A stretch of DNA of 64,000 nucleotides, from the NCBI GenBank assembly GCA_965112735.1, contig OZ218962.1, forward strand, positions 1,364,001 through 1,428,000. Reading direction: 5' to 3'. This stretch comes from Phaeosaccion multiseriatum. Taxonomy: Eukaryota > Protista > Ochrophyta, other classes. The position numbers and the translations under genes were made by a program. The notes below the pieces were generated by a model. It had not been told where the DNA came from and made no database searches. It saw only the letters and a list, made by a program, of their open reading frames with translations. Below are positions 30,679 to 41,405 of the stretch, one piece after another (the first letter of the stretch is position 1; each line of letters opens with the position of its first letter).

Positions 30679-32583
30679 CTAGAAGTTGAAGACCCACACG
30701 GGCACGGAGCCAGGGATGATCTCGTGGCAGAGGAACGCTGCCCATGCAATCCTAAAAAAGACGAGGGCGAGGGCATAACAGGGACGCAGAGAGAAAGAGG
30801 GCGAGAGAGAGGAGAGCTTCGTTAGGCTTCGCAGTCGGAGAGGCGGCGCGACCAGCAGCTGGGCCCTGTGAACGAAACCACTCATTTCCTTTCAACAAGC
30901 AAATCAAAGAAAGCCATCGACCAACTGACCACCCACACACATACACGCAAGCAGTGTCTTCTTCACCGCGCCAACTCCCCGCGCAAGACACTCACATTGC
31001 CATGCGCCCGTTCTTGAGCTCCTTGAGCTCCATCAACTCCTGTCCGGCCTTGTCCTTAGGGTAGATTCCTGCGAGCAGTCAGTCAGAGAGAGACAGTCGG
31101 TCAGTTGGTGAAATCGGTCAGTCACAGTAAGTAGTCAGTAGCAGTGAAACCGGTGAGGAAGGAAGTCTCAATGGACCATCCGGTACACATACCCGCGGGG
31201 TCGAAGAACGGCTTGTCTGAGCCACTGATCTCGTGCCTGTACTTGTTTCCCTCAATGATGCCGCACACGAGGATGATTTGCCACCAAGCGGCGGGGTTGG
31301 CCTGGAGGAAGAACAAGAGGACACAGGGATCACAAGAGACGTGTGCTCAGAATAATACACGATGGCTTCGTCGCCCGGCGTGCCTTGCGTTCGGGCTTTG
31401 TTCGCACATGCCCGCAGAGCACTCGTGGGCCGCCAATCAATCAAATCAATGCGCCTACCTGGAAGAAGGCGGGAATTGCGTGCGTGGACTCAATGTCGGT
31501 GGCGGGGAACTTGCCGATGAGCTCGGGCACCAGCCATCCCACGACGGCAAGCCTGATGGAAGGGAAGAAGAAAGAATGGGGCACACACAGCAGAGTATGA
31601 GTAACAAACGAAGGCTGATCTGATTTGCCCCCCTGGTATGCCCTCCAATCCTCAAAACTGAAAGGACTGCGAATGTGCACAGCAGCTGTGGAAGATCCTT
31701 GCCCGCTCCCGTCTCCTCACTCACATGGCTACGCGTCCGTTGGCGATCTCTGCCTTGCGCATGTGCTCAACGGGTGCGAACTCGGACAGTCCCAGTGGGT
31801 CAAAGATCTTGTTTCCTGCGAATGGGACAGACAGGGACAAAGGGACGCAGTAGGTTCGCAGTAGGTTGAGGCGCACGAAAAGGAGAAGTTAGGAGTAAGA
31901 AGGGTGGGAGAGAGTGGGCCTTGGGAACTTGGGCAAGAGCAAGCGAGGCCATGTCCTGACCCAAAAGACTTCAATTCAATTCCACTCCGTTCCGTCTGCG
32001 CTTGCCTCCTCTACTTGTACGCCTCCGATAGCTCCATCCCGCACCTACCTGTCTCAGGGCCAACTCCGACCATACCCTCCAAGCTCATGTGTGTCTGGGT
32101 GGAAGACTGTCCTCGGAGTAGCGAGACACGGGATTGGGAGGGAGGGAGGGGGGCGGTGAGGGATTTTGAAAAAAGGAGAAGGGGACAAGACCTAAGCTCT
32201 TCGCCGTGACTGCATGCAATGAGACCACCCTCGAGCAACGTGCTGCACCCTCTGTTGCCCCCTTCCTCTCCGAGCCACCGGGGGATGACGTGGGTGTCGT
32301 TACGGCAACTCATCGATGACGTCGGCTCTGCTTCGGTGAATTCGAACCAAGCCCTCCCTCCCCTACACCAGCAGGCCACGAGGGACATCTCAAGGATAAT
32401 CCCCCCCTTCATCGACGCACAGGAGACAATCGCAAGACAGACGGAGTAGAGATGGAACGAGGGAGGAGGCAAAAGGCAACGTACCATCTTCTGCACGGCA
32501 GTGGCCTTCATCAGCGGTGCCACAGGCATAAAGGCGGCCGCTGAGCCAGCCAGTGCGAGAGCAACAACTCCGGTGGTCTTCAT
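30679..32583 (-). CDS. Light-harvesting (fucoxanthin-chlorophyll a/c binding) protein, possibly Lhcq-like; exons 32485-32583, 32049-32106, 31725-31815, 31459-31552, 31193-31301, 30996-31068, 30679-30751
   Basis: Signal peptide plus AAAFMP. Motifs FDPLGL, AEIANGRVAMLAVVG, WWQII, FFDPAG, KELKNGRMAMIA and C-terminal PGSVP. All junctions in phase. Confidence 0.93.
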
Positions 32584-32808
32584 CTTAGCAGTAGGTCTTA
32601 ATGTGAGAGAGAAAGAGGGGATCGTGGGATTGGCAAAGAAGTGCTTGTCAGGGGTGGAAGGGGGAAGATTTTACCCCGGGGTGGAGGTACAGTTTCAAAA
32701 TTCGAGTTTGCGCTCGGATTGCATTTTCCTCTTTCCTCTACTATTTGTAACAAAACAAACGGAGAGATAAAGCTGCAGGAGCGGTATCTCTCCGGTCCCT
32801 CGATAAAT
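32584..32808. promoter_or_regulatory. Probable bidirectional promoter (LHC / BART gene)
   Basis: Divergent start codons separated by only 225 bp. Confidence 0.5.
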
Positions 32809-33050
32809 ATGCCGGGTACTACACTGCTAGATCGTGTGCAAACATTCTGCCTGTCCCTGGACCTGGGAAAAGGTACTCTCTCTGCCATGTGCTCTCTGCT
32901 CTCTCCCCCTCACTCACTCCCTCTCCTCCCTCTTCCCGCTCTCCTCCCTCCCTCGCTCTCCCTGTTCCCCAGACTTCGAGGATTTTGCCAAGTGCGTGAG
33001 AGAGAGAGAGAAGATGGAAGGGAAGAGAGAGGGAGGGAGAGGGAGAGGGA

Positions 33051-33094
<44 letters not shown>

Positions 33095-33991
33095 AAGAAA
33101 GGAAGAGAGGGGGGGGGGGGGGGGGGGGGGGGGCAGCGACAGATCAGGGAAAGGAAAGAGCAGAGACAGGGAGAAGAGAGAGGAGAGAGAGGAGAGAGGG
33201 AGAGAAGGAGAGTGACAGAGAGAGAGAGCGAGGGAGGGGGGGGGGGAGAAGGAAGCCAGAAGTCACACTGTGCTTCGTTGCCGGTGCCTCCTTGCAGGAA
33301 GCATTTGCTCACACTCAGACTCACCAGGCAGAAGGCTAACTCGCTCCCCGCTCAAACACCGCAGGACCCATCATGGAGTTTACCTGGATGCCATCAACGA
33401 CGACAAGACGCACTCTGCACACGATGTGGAGAACAGATTAGAATACACGGAGGTGTGATGATGACTTTCTCGGGACATAATTGTGCGTGCGAATTGCTGG
33501 CTTCCTTAGTTTTGCCCATCTCCTCTTGCTTTGTCCTCTCCGCTCAGATATACAACTTGTTTCTCGAGGAGTTTGAAGAGAAGATCAACAAGTTCATCGG
33601 TGACGAGGTGAGTGTGTGGCGGGGTGGACGACGCCGCTCTTCTCCTGGTCTCGGTCAACCCTTCCCTCCCACCCCTTGCGGAAGAATCTCAAATGAACTA
33701 ATTCCTCCTCCATCCATGTCTCTCTCCATGATGCGATAGGGCGGCACGAACGAGGGATTCTTGAAGGAGATCGGGGAGCTGGACAAGGAGGACAGCCGGA
33801 ACGTGTTCGTCGATGCCCTTCTGGCCATTACAAAGTATGAGCACTTCCATACACTCATGATAGAGGAGGCTCGCAAGTACGTGACCCTTCGGAGTTGTGG
33901 TGGCGCGATTGATGTGAGCGGCGCAGGGAGCAATGATGGTGCAGAGAGCAAAGAGGACAGCAAGGAAGACAGTAAGGACAGCCGAAAGTGA
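32809..33991 (+). CDS. BART-domain (ARL2/ARL3-binding; CFAP36/ARL2BP-like) protein; exons 32809-32872, 32973-32991, 33365-33452, 33548-33607, 33740-33991
   Basis: Spliced product contains DFEDFAK..ENRLEYTEIYNLFLEEFEEKINKFI..FVDALLAITKYEHFHTLM, the BART pattern. Confidence 0.78.
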
Positions 33992-34858
33992 CAATTACGT
34001 AAACTGTAACAGAAGAAAGTAGCGCAAACACTAAAAAAATGGGGAGGGGGGGCGAGTAGGGCGGATGGCCGAAGGGCGCTCCCCATGTATGGAAGAGTTT
34101 ACAGAGGAAGAAGACGGAAGACGGGGACAGGAGCAACGAGTTCCAGTAGCAGGTGCATGCACTGAGCCCGTCTACGATTGTACTTCTTCTCGGCAGCAGC
34201 CTCGGGCCGAGTGGTTTCCGGCATTTCCGGCCACGCTTCGGCTCAGGCCTTTCCTTTTGGGGCGCACTCACGCACGCACGCACGCACGTACGCACACACG
34301 CACGCTCGCTCGCTCGCATGCACGCCATCTCGCGAGAACAGCCACCTTTTCCATTTTCAGTCCGCTGCGTCCCGACACCTAATACTATCTATATGCCTTC
34401 ACCTCGACCGTCCTCTCCCTCACTCAGACTAATATTCAATGCTTGTTTATTTGTATAAGGGGGGGTACATGCGATTTCCAGGGGGTGCCAAAGCAGGGCG
34501 GGGCAGACGCGTCTGCCTCGCCCTTACTCCCATCCACCCCGTTGGATTCCCGATAATCCCACTCGTCCCCCCGGGCCGGGCGGGTGGGGAAACTCTTGCT
34601 GTCGCTGCCGTCTCCTTCGCGCGGTGGACTGCTGGGCTGCCCCCTTCGCTGTCCTCCTCACCGCGCTGAGCTCTTCGGCACTTGCTACGACTCTTGCGAC
34701 GCCGTACTCGCGTCGCCTCCTCTTTCACAGTAGTGATTGCTGAGTACGGGCTCCTTGTACCCTGTTGGGTAAGCCTCATGTAAGGCCGTTGGGCCGTTGC
34801 GCCAGCTGGCGTACGCATGCCCTGCCTTCTACACATTCATTTCTTATCTGGTCCTCCC

Positions 34859-35034
34859 CTACTTTCGACCCCTGATACACTATCCGCTATCCTATCGCCG
34901 GCGCCAGCCGGCACGCTATCCGCTATCGCCGGCGCCAGCCGGCGCGCTATCCGCTATCGGCCGGCGCCAGCCGGCGCGCTATCCGCTATCGGCCGATAGC
35001 GCGCTATCGAGAAAGTAGACCACGGGGGGGTCGA
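34859..35034. repeat. 31-bp GC-rich tandem array with palindromes and inverted flanks
   Basis: Unit CTATCCGCTATCGCCGGCGCCAGCCGGCGCG, ~3.5 copies. Perfect palindromes at 34984-35001 and 34994-35009. Confidence 0.8.
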
Positions 35035-35210
35035 CTACTTGAAAATACGTTTTTCGATCTATCGACTCTAAACTCGCTCTGCTCGAAAAACCAGTTTTTT
35101 TCCGACGACTCTGACTCACCCCGATTTCAAAAATAGGATATTTCGACTTACCCGGGGGGCGGAATCCCCGACCACCACCTAGCGATCAGAGCGACCCCCC
35201 TTCCCAAATT

Positions 35211-36853
35211 ATGAAGATCACCGCCGCAGCAGTGGTAGCATGTGCGGCAGGGGCTAATGCATTCACAGGTAGGACTCTTCTCCACCGCTGGATATACTTG
35301 TCCGCCTGCGGTGGCTGCTGTGCTACGTAGTTTTTTGTGGTGAACTCGTCATTTGCATACGTCGGTGCTGTGCATGCTGCTCTCTGCAAGCTGTCGGCAG
35401 TATCAGGCAAATAGGCGCGACCTCCCTCGTAAACAACGAAAGTGTGGAAAGGATGGAACTTGTTGCGTCCCTTCGCACCTTGCGGGTCACTTACACTCTC
35501 TTTCTCCCTCTCTCTCGCTCTCTCTCTCTCTGCGTCTTTTGCTTCCTCTTCCACGTATCCATGAAGGGCCTGTATTCCAGGCCCAGCCCTCTGCCAGCGT
35601 GCGCGCGCGGTCTTCTTCTCTCCGCATGGCAGCCAATTCTGGACCGTCCGTGGGAGACTTGCTTGTCAAGACGGAGAGCTTAAAACTCCTTTCTCAGGTG
35701 AGCTATCGACGGGTTGACAGGCCGGTAGACAGGCCGGCAGAGGGAGAGAGAGTCACAAGGCGGATTTGTGAAGGATACGTAAGAAGGTGGCTTGGAGCTA
35801 GGACACCCACCATTGTTCTCAGGGTCGTACCTGGCAGCTCTGATTCACATACGTGAGGCGCGCGGTCATTGGAGACCCTTTGAAGCACTTGGTGCCTTTC
35901 AATCGCCTCTTAGATACGCGTATCCTTGCACTACCCCCCCCTCTATTGGTATCATTCCCTCTGTCTTTCCCTTCTCTCAGGCGTCGAAGCTGGGCCTCCT
36001 CTCCAAGCTGGAGAAGGCCGGCCTCACGCTCAAGGACGTAGAGAAGCTGCTACCTCTCGCCGATAAGTTTGATGTGCTGGGCTTGGTTGGTGCCGTTGGC
36101 GATGACGCCCTGAAGGCTGCTCCATTCCTCCTCGACAACGCCCCTGCGGCTCTTCCCTTGCTCTCCTCGGCTCTGGACGTTCCTCCGGCGGCATTGTTTG
36201 GCGTGGCAGCTGCCTCGCTGGCAGCTGGTGTGGGGGCCATTGCGGTCATCCCCGATGACTCCGTCACAAGCGTTGCCCTGCAGACCTTCCTAGCCGTTCC
36301 CCTCATTGCCGTGGTGCCCGCCGTTGCTGTCGTCGCGGCTGGCGTTCTGGGTGGGCTTAAGAGCGGAAAACTCATCGACTCGCTCGCGGCGTCCTCTGGG
36401 GCTGCCCCTGCCAAGGCTCCTAAGGCTGCTAAGGTTGTGAAGGCCGCCCCCAAGGCAGCAAAGGCGGCCCCCAAGGCAGCAAAGGCCGCCCCCAAGGCAG
36501 CAAAGGCGGCGCCCAAGGCAGCAAAGGCCGCCCCCAAGGCAGCAGCGAAGAAGGTAACAGCGGTTGTCAAGGAGGCAAAGATGGCAAAGCCTGCGGCAGA
36601 GAAGAAGGTAGCAGCAGGTGCCAAGAAGTCGGGTCGGCCGGCAGTAGGAAAGGCCAAGGCGGCAGGACCGTCGGCGGCGGAGAAGGCAGCCAAAGCGAAG
36701 GCGGCACTTGCAAAGGACACGGCGGCAAAGGCCAAGGCCGCGCAAGTGAAGAAGGCAGCACTTGAGAAGGCCAAGGCAGCACAGGCTAAGAAGGCTGCTG
36801 CTGCGAAGGCGGCTGCTGTGAAGGCGGTTAAGGCCAAGAAGGTTAAGGTCTAG
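35211..36853 (+). CDS. Plastid-targeted DUF1118 (RIQ-like) thylakoid protein with Lys/Ala-rich C-terminal tail; exons 35211-35268, 35567-35697, 35981-36853
   Basis: MKITAAAVVACAAGANAFTG signal followed by a Ser/Arg-rich transit peptide. LLSQASKLGLLSKLEKAGLTLKDVEKL and two hydrophobic helices flanking IPDDS are typical of DUF1118. Confidence 0.78.
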
Positions 36854-37728
36854 GCACGCACCGCGGCCAACCCGCCGTAGGTGAGCATCTGTGGACAAGA
36901 GAGCAAGCATTATACCTCGGATGGTTGCAATGCGTGTCAGTACGGACGGGCAGCGGCAGCGCTTTAAATTTTTCTCTCGTCCGAATATACTCGAGGCGGG
37001 ACGGGGCATACACCCCAGTACTTACCAGTAGATTTTTTATTACTTTAGAATTTATTACAGTAAAATTAAAGATTAAAAAGGTCGAGCCTATTTATATGCC
37101 GCCGCCTAGGGCAGACGCCAGCCAACTAGGCGGACGGTGGGAGTGCCCAGAGTGCAAAGAGTAGTCAGTGTCATTGCATGGGAGTGGAAGTGAGGAGTAG
37201 ACGGGTTCGTGTTGTCTCTTCCGCCTCGCTGGCCCTACGAGGAGTGCAGACCTTCGGGTGTGCTGCTACCCACTGGCTGGGCGGCACCACGCACGCGCCC
37301 ACGGTGACTGGGAGGCTGCCTAGAGGCGGGCTATATAGGCCGCCTAGGACTGAAAAGTGAGCGGCCTAGAGCCGCCGGAGGCCGCCGGCCTAGGCCTAGA
37401 GCAAAACCGCTAGGCGTGTATGGGGCCGATCCCAAGTCGACTGGTACTTGTTTGTGTGAGCTGTACAGTAATTAGAGCCAGCATTCCAGCGCCGAAAAGC
37501 TTCCACGCGCCTTCGATCTCACACGTCCAACTCGAAAGAGCTCGCTCACTGCCCACCCAGCCCGCCGCTCAAAGAATCAAGTAGTGAAGTGAGGAAGTAT
37601 GACTTCCACGGTAGTGCGTCGAAGCGTGGGGTTTCGCTTCCAGGGCTCTGTGACACGCTTTCCCTACTTCACCCAGACGTCACGAGCCTCCCCTCCACCG
37701 CGGTGTGTTTGCTTTTTGCCCAGCCACG

Positions 37729-39444
37729 TCACACATCTGCGACGGCTGCCAAGGCCGCTGCTTCCTGAGCAGACGGAGCGGCCCTTCTTGAAGCTCTTTC
37801 CCCTCGTCCTGGTGCTGGTGGTCCTTGCCTTCCCGCCGCACCGCCCCGTGGCTCGCTCTCCTCCTCGTCGTCGTCGCTACTACTGTCGTCTTGCCCTCCT
37901 CCATCCTCACTTGACTCAGAGTACACGTCCGCCACGAAGACATGCCCTTTTCTCTTGCCCTTGCCTTTGCCTGCCTTGCCTTTTGCCTTTGTTGCCGTCT
38001 TTGGGGCCGCCTTACGCAGCCCGCTTGCCAGCCTCTTTGCCGGCGCCTTCCCCTTCCCCTTTCCCTTTCCCTTTCCCTTCCCTCCAGTAGAGCTGCTGCT
38101 GCTGCCACCCCCACCCCCGCCGCCGGCATCGGCATCGTCATCTTCATCTTCTTCGTCGTCCTCCACGCCCAAAGCATCAATGTCCATCTCCTCCTCCTCC
38201 TCGCTCTTATCGCTGTCCCAGCCCCCGTCGCTGCTGCTGTCGGAGTAATCATCCTCATCAAACAGCGCCTCCTCCCCCTTCTTCGTCTTGCCCTTCTTGC
38301 CCTTGCCCTTCTGCGGAGCCTTCCCCGGACGTGCACGCTTCTTGCTCCCGCCTGCCTTGGCCTTGGTTGCCCCTACTTCTTCATTTGGCGCCTTTTCCTT
38401 GCCCTTCCCTTTAGCCTTGCCCTTCGCCTTGGTCTTGACAGTATTGGCGGTGGCTTTCGCCTTGCCCTTGCCCTTGCCCTTGCTCGGGCCGCCTTGCCCA
38501 GCTACACTCGCTGCCGCAGCCTCTGCCGCCGCCAGGGCAGCCTTGGAAGTGTCTGTTTCGTGGGCCTTTTGTGTGAGAGTGACCACCGTGCTCTGCTTCT
38601 TGAACTCGGACAGCGTGTCATACATCTTCTCGTAGGCCGTTTGGATGTCGTCCATACCCTTGCCCCCCGTAATGACCACCTTGCCCGACACAAACACCAG
38701 CAGCACCACCTTGGGGCTAGCCAAGCGGTAGATCAGGCCAGGGAACAGCTCCGGCTCGTACGAGCAGAACTTGGCGTGGGCATACACCAAGCCCTCGAGA
38801 CGGATGGGAAAGCCCACATCGCAGGTTGCCACCATGTTCTGCACTTTGAACTCTCTGAACCTCGGCTTTCCTGGGCCAATCTTTTGAATCACCTTGGTAA
38901 ACTTCTTGCCCGCCGTCCGGGCCTCGTGAACGCTCCTCGCCCCCGTGACGATCATCTTTCCCGTGCCGAAAAGCAGCGCCGTCGACTTGGGCTCCCGCAT
39001 GCGAAGCACGACGGCCGTGAAGCGGCGCGGATTGTACTCTGCATTTCGCGCCCTCATGGCAATGTGCCTCAAATCTAGCTGCAGAGACAGGCTGATGGTG
39101 ACCGTGACGTTCTGAACTTTGAACACCACCCCACTTCGGTGAGTCCACCCCTTGATGCCTCCATTGTTCACAGCATCTCCGTGGTCGCCCGTGATGGTGG
39201 TAGCGGGCCGTCGCCCCCCCTTGCCACTCGCCGCCGACCCCCCTCCTGCCGCTCCTACTGCCGCTCCTACTGCCGCTGCTGCTGCCCCGTTCTGTCCTAC
39301 TGAGCTGCTGCTGCCGGTGCTGCCGCTGCCTCCTCCGCGGCCCATAGCTTTTGTTGCTCCCGCCGGCGCGGAGGGGGGTGGCATAGACGCAGCTGCAGCA
39401 GCTGCTGCTTGCGCCGCGGCGGCTGCCGCTGCTGCCGAAGACAT
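37729..39444 (-). CDS. TBP: TATA-box binding protein (divergent, intronless, long C-terminal extension)
   Basis: Both core repeats present: VQNV..ARNAEYNPRRF..REPKSTALLFGTGK and VQNMVATCD..YEPELFPGLIYR..PKVVLLVFVSGKVVITG. First in-frame ATG is at 39444. Confidence 0.92.
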   Translation of the reverse strand: MSSAAAAAAAAQAAAAAAASMPPPSAPAGATKAMGRGGGSGSTGSSSSVGQNGAAAAAVGAAVGAAGGGSAASGKGGRRPATTITGDHGDAVNNGGIKGWTHRSGVVFKVQNVTVTISLSLQLDLRHIAMRARNAEYNPRRFTAVVLRMREPKSTALLFGTGKMIVTGARSVHEARTAGKKFTKVIQKIGPGKPRFREFKVQNMVATCDVGFPIRLEGLVYAHAKFCSYEPELFPGLIYRLASPKVVLLVFVSGKVVITGGKGMDDIQTAYEKMYDTLSEFKKQSTVVTLTQKAHETDTSKAALAAAEAAAASVAGQGGPSKGKGKGKAKATANTVKTKAKGKAKGKGKEKAPNEEVGATKAKAGGSKKRARPGKAPQKGKGKKGKTKKGEEALFDEDDYSDSSSDGGWDSDKSEEEEEMDIDALGVEDDEEDEDDDADAGGGGGGGSSSSSTGGKGKGKGKGKGKAPAKRLASGLRKAAPKTATKAKGKAGKGKGKRKGHVFVADVYSESSEDGGGQDDSSSDDDEEESEPRGGAAGRQGPPAPGRGERASRRAAPSAQEAAALAAVADV

Positions 39445-39595
39445 CCTGGAGCCACCTCTTTGGTGGAGATGCGGATGGGGCTTGCGCTGCTCCCCAGCAA
39501 CTGTATTGTTTGGGGGGAGGGTTGAGGGTTGATCGGATGGCAGTGGATGGTCGCTTGACAAAGTGGCCCAGGATATCGACCCAGACGCTGAATAA
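39445..39595. promoter_or_regulatory. Probable bidirectional promoter (TBP / MSS51-like gene)
   Basis: Divergent ATGs separated by ~150 bp. Confidence 0.45.
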
Positions 39596-39869
39596 ATGCC
39601 AGAAGAAGCTCCTGCTTGTCCCTACGGCGAGGAGGCGTCGGCGCCAAAGACGGAGGAGAACGATACCCTACACAACACGCGGTCCCGGACCTTGCTCGGC
39701 GCCCTGCTGCGAGCTGGCCCTTGTAGGCCCAGACCGTCCCCTCTCGTGCTCCACATCGTCGGCTCTGATTATAGGTAGGGACGAGAAAGTGCTTGGAAGG
39801 AAGTATGTGCAGTGTCCCCCCCTTCTCCTCACGTGAATCCCGTGTGCATCTCTCTCTCTCTCTCTCACA

Positions 39870-39909
<40 letters not shown>

Positions 39910-40585
39910 AACACACTCAGGGAGGGATCTTCTCCGGGCGAGACGCAGGCGATCTTTTCAGAGCTGTTCTCGGCGTTGCAGGACCAAGGATGGAGTGAAG
40001 TGCACCTTCTTCTCGTCGGCCCCAACGTAGAGGCTTCTCTGGAGGGACGGACCGCCGCGACTTCGGAAGAGAACAGCAAGAACGAGGGTTTTCGGGTCCG
40101 GATGTCTTTTCGGACGGAGCTTTACCATGACATGTTCTCTACCTTGCCCTCGGAGCTGCTGCCGGATATGGTGGTGCTCTTCAATGCGGGTCTGTGGGGC
40201 TATAGTGACTGGCGCCCGACCCTGGCCTTCATCCTGCAGGTGGAGAAGCGCCTTAACCTCCTCGTCACGGTGAGAAGGAAGGCTCACTTTCCAAAGCACC
40301 CTCGGCAATCCCCTATCCTCCACCGCTCCGTTCTTACTCCCTTTTTGTGTGTTTACATACATGGTGTGGTCTCTTTCCCTCCATCAGTCGTACTGCACGG
40401 AGGAAGGCGCCGACGATCGGGACGTGTTGCTGGAGGAAGGCGCCAAGGAGGACCAGTGGCTGTGGGCCCCAGAGGTCAATCCGCATCGCTCAGTGGTGCG
40501 GAGGGGCAGCGATTGCGCCACTCGGCCACTGTTTGAGAATTACTGTTGGCAATGCTTGCGCCTTGGTAGAGCAGACGCCACGTGA
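39596..40585 (+). CDS. MSS51 C-terminal-like domain protein lacking zf-MYND; exons 39596-39774, 39921-40269, 40388-40585
   Basis: Motifs LVLHIVGS, LLLVGP, LYHD, PDMVVLFNAGLWGY..W.PTL, VT|SYCTEE and NPHRS..EN match the pattern of this family. Confidence 0.68.
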
Positions 40586-41405
40586 GACTGGAGTGGAAGA
40601 CTGGAAACCGCACCCGTGGAGGGGGGGAGAGGCATACTCAGCCAAGCTCGATACACAGTCCCATTTCTCAATGCCACCGCAGCCCGAGTGGGTATGGAGA
40701 AATGGGACTGCGAGGCCTGCTTGCTGAGCTTGCTCCTCCCCCCTCCTCCCTCCCCCTCGAGGACTCCGTGGCGAGGCACGGACGCACACAAGATGCAGGC
40801 GGAGGCTGCACATGGAGAGAGAGAAAGAGAGAGCAGACCAGAGCAAAAGAAGAGCCGTAGTGGCTGCACCAAGAGGAGGACGAAATTCTCTGGACTAGAT
40901 CCCCGTCGATCTTCCATCTCCTGAGCAAAGACACGAGACACACAAGCAGTGCTCGCGTTTCCCGTATCTGCACGTCTTCGAAGGAAGAGTGTGAAGATGC
41001 ATCGATCGCATCGAATCTGATTGAGAGGCACGATCGGGGGGCGAACCCTCACCCTAGGCCTAAGCTAGGAGCGCCGTCTTGTCGACCCCCATCCACCACC
41101 GAAGACCGGTGACCCAACTCCTAGAAGACCACCTCTGTTGGATATCGATGAAGAACCAAGGGGTTACAGAACTGCTCCACAAACTCAGCGTTTTGTGTTT
41201 CCGCGCTCGATAGACGGGGCATAACTTAGGTCTCTAAGGTAGAAACAAGAAGTGGCAAAGCTGCGGCAGAAGAAAGGGAAAGCCTCTCCCGCCCACTTAC
41301 TTGTGTCAAACAAGGAGCGGGGAAGGAGAGTGCGATCTAATTTTTGTGGTATGTACAGAGGGCTTGGTTTGCGCAGCACCTCACTCACTCATCATCACAT
41401 GATAA

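Noticed and set aside
14051-33991. Rotatin and BART as a ciliary gene cluster; likewise TBP and Spt20 as a transcription cluster
   Set aside because: Interspersed with unrelated genes. Chance adjacency cannot be excluded without synteny data.
35977-36837. 286-aa antisense Ala/Phe-rich ORF
   Set aside because: Mirror of the Lys/Ala codon usage of the DUF1118 tail.
40540-41052. 170-aa minus-strand ORF between the MSS51-like gene and TAP42
   Set aside because: Non-ATG start and no recognisable domain. Probably UTR or intergenic.
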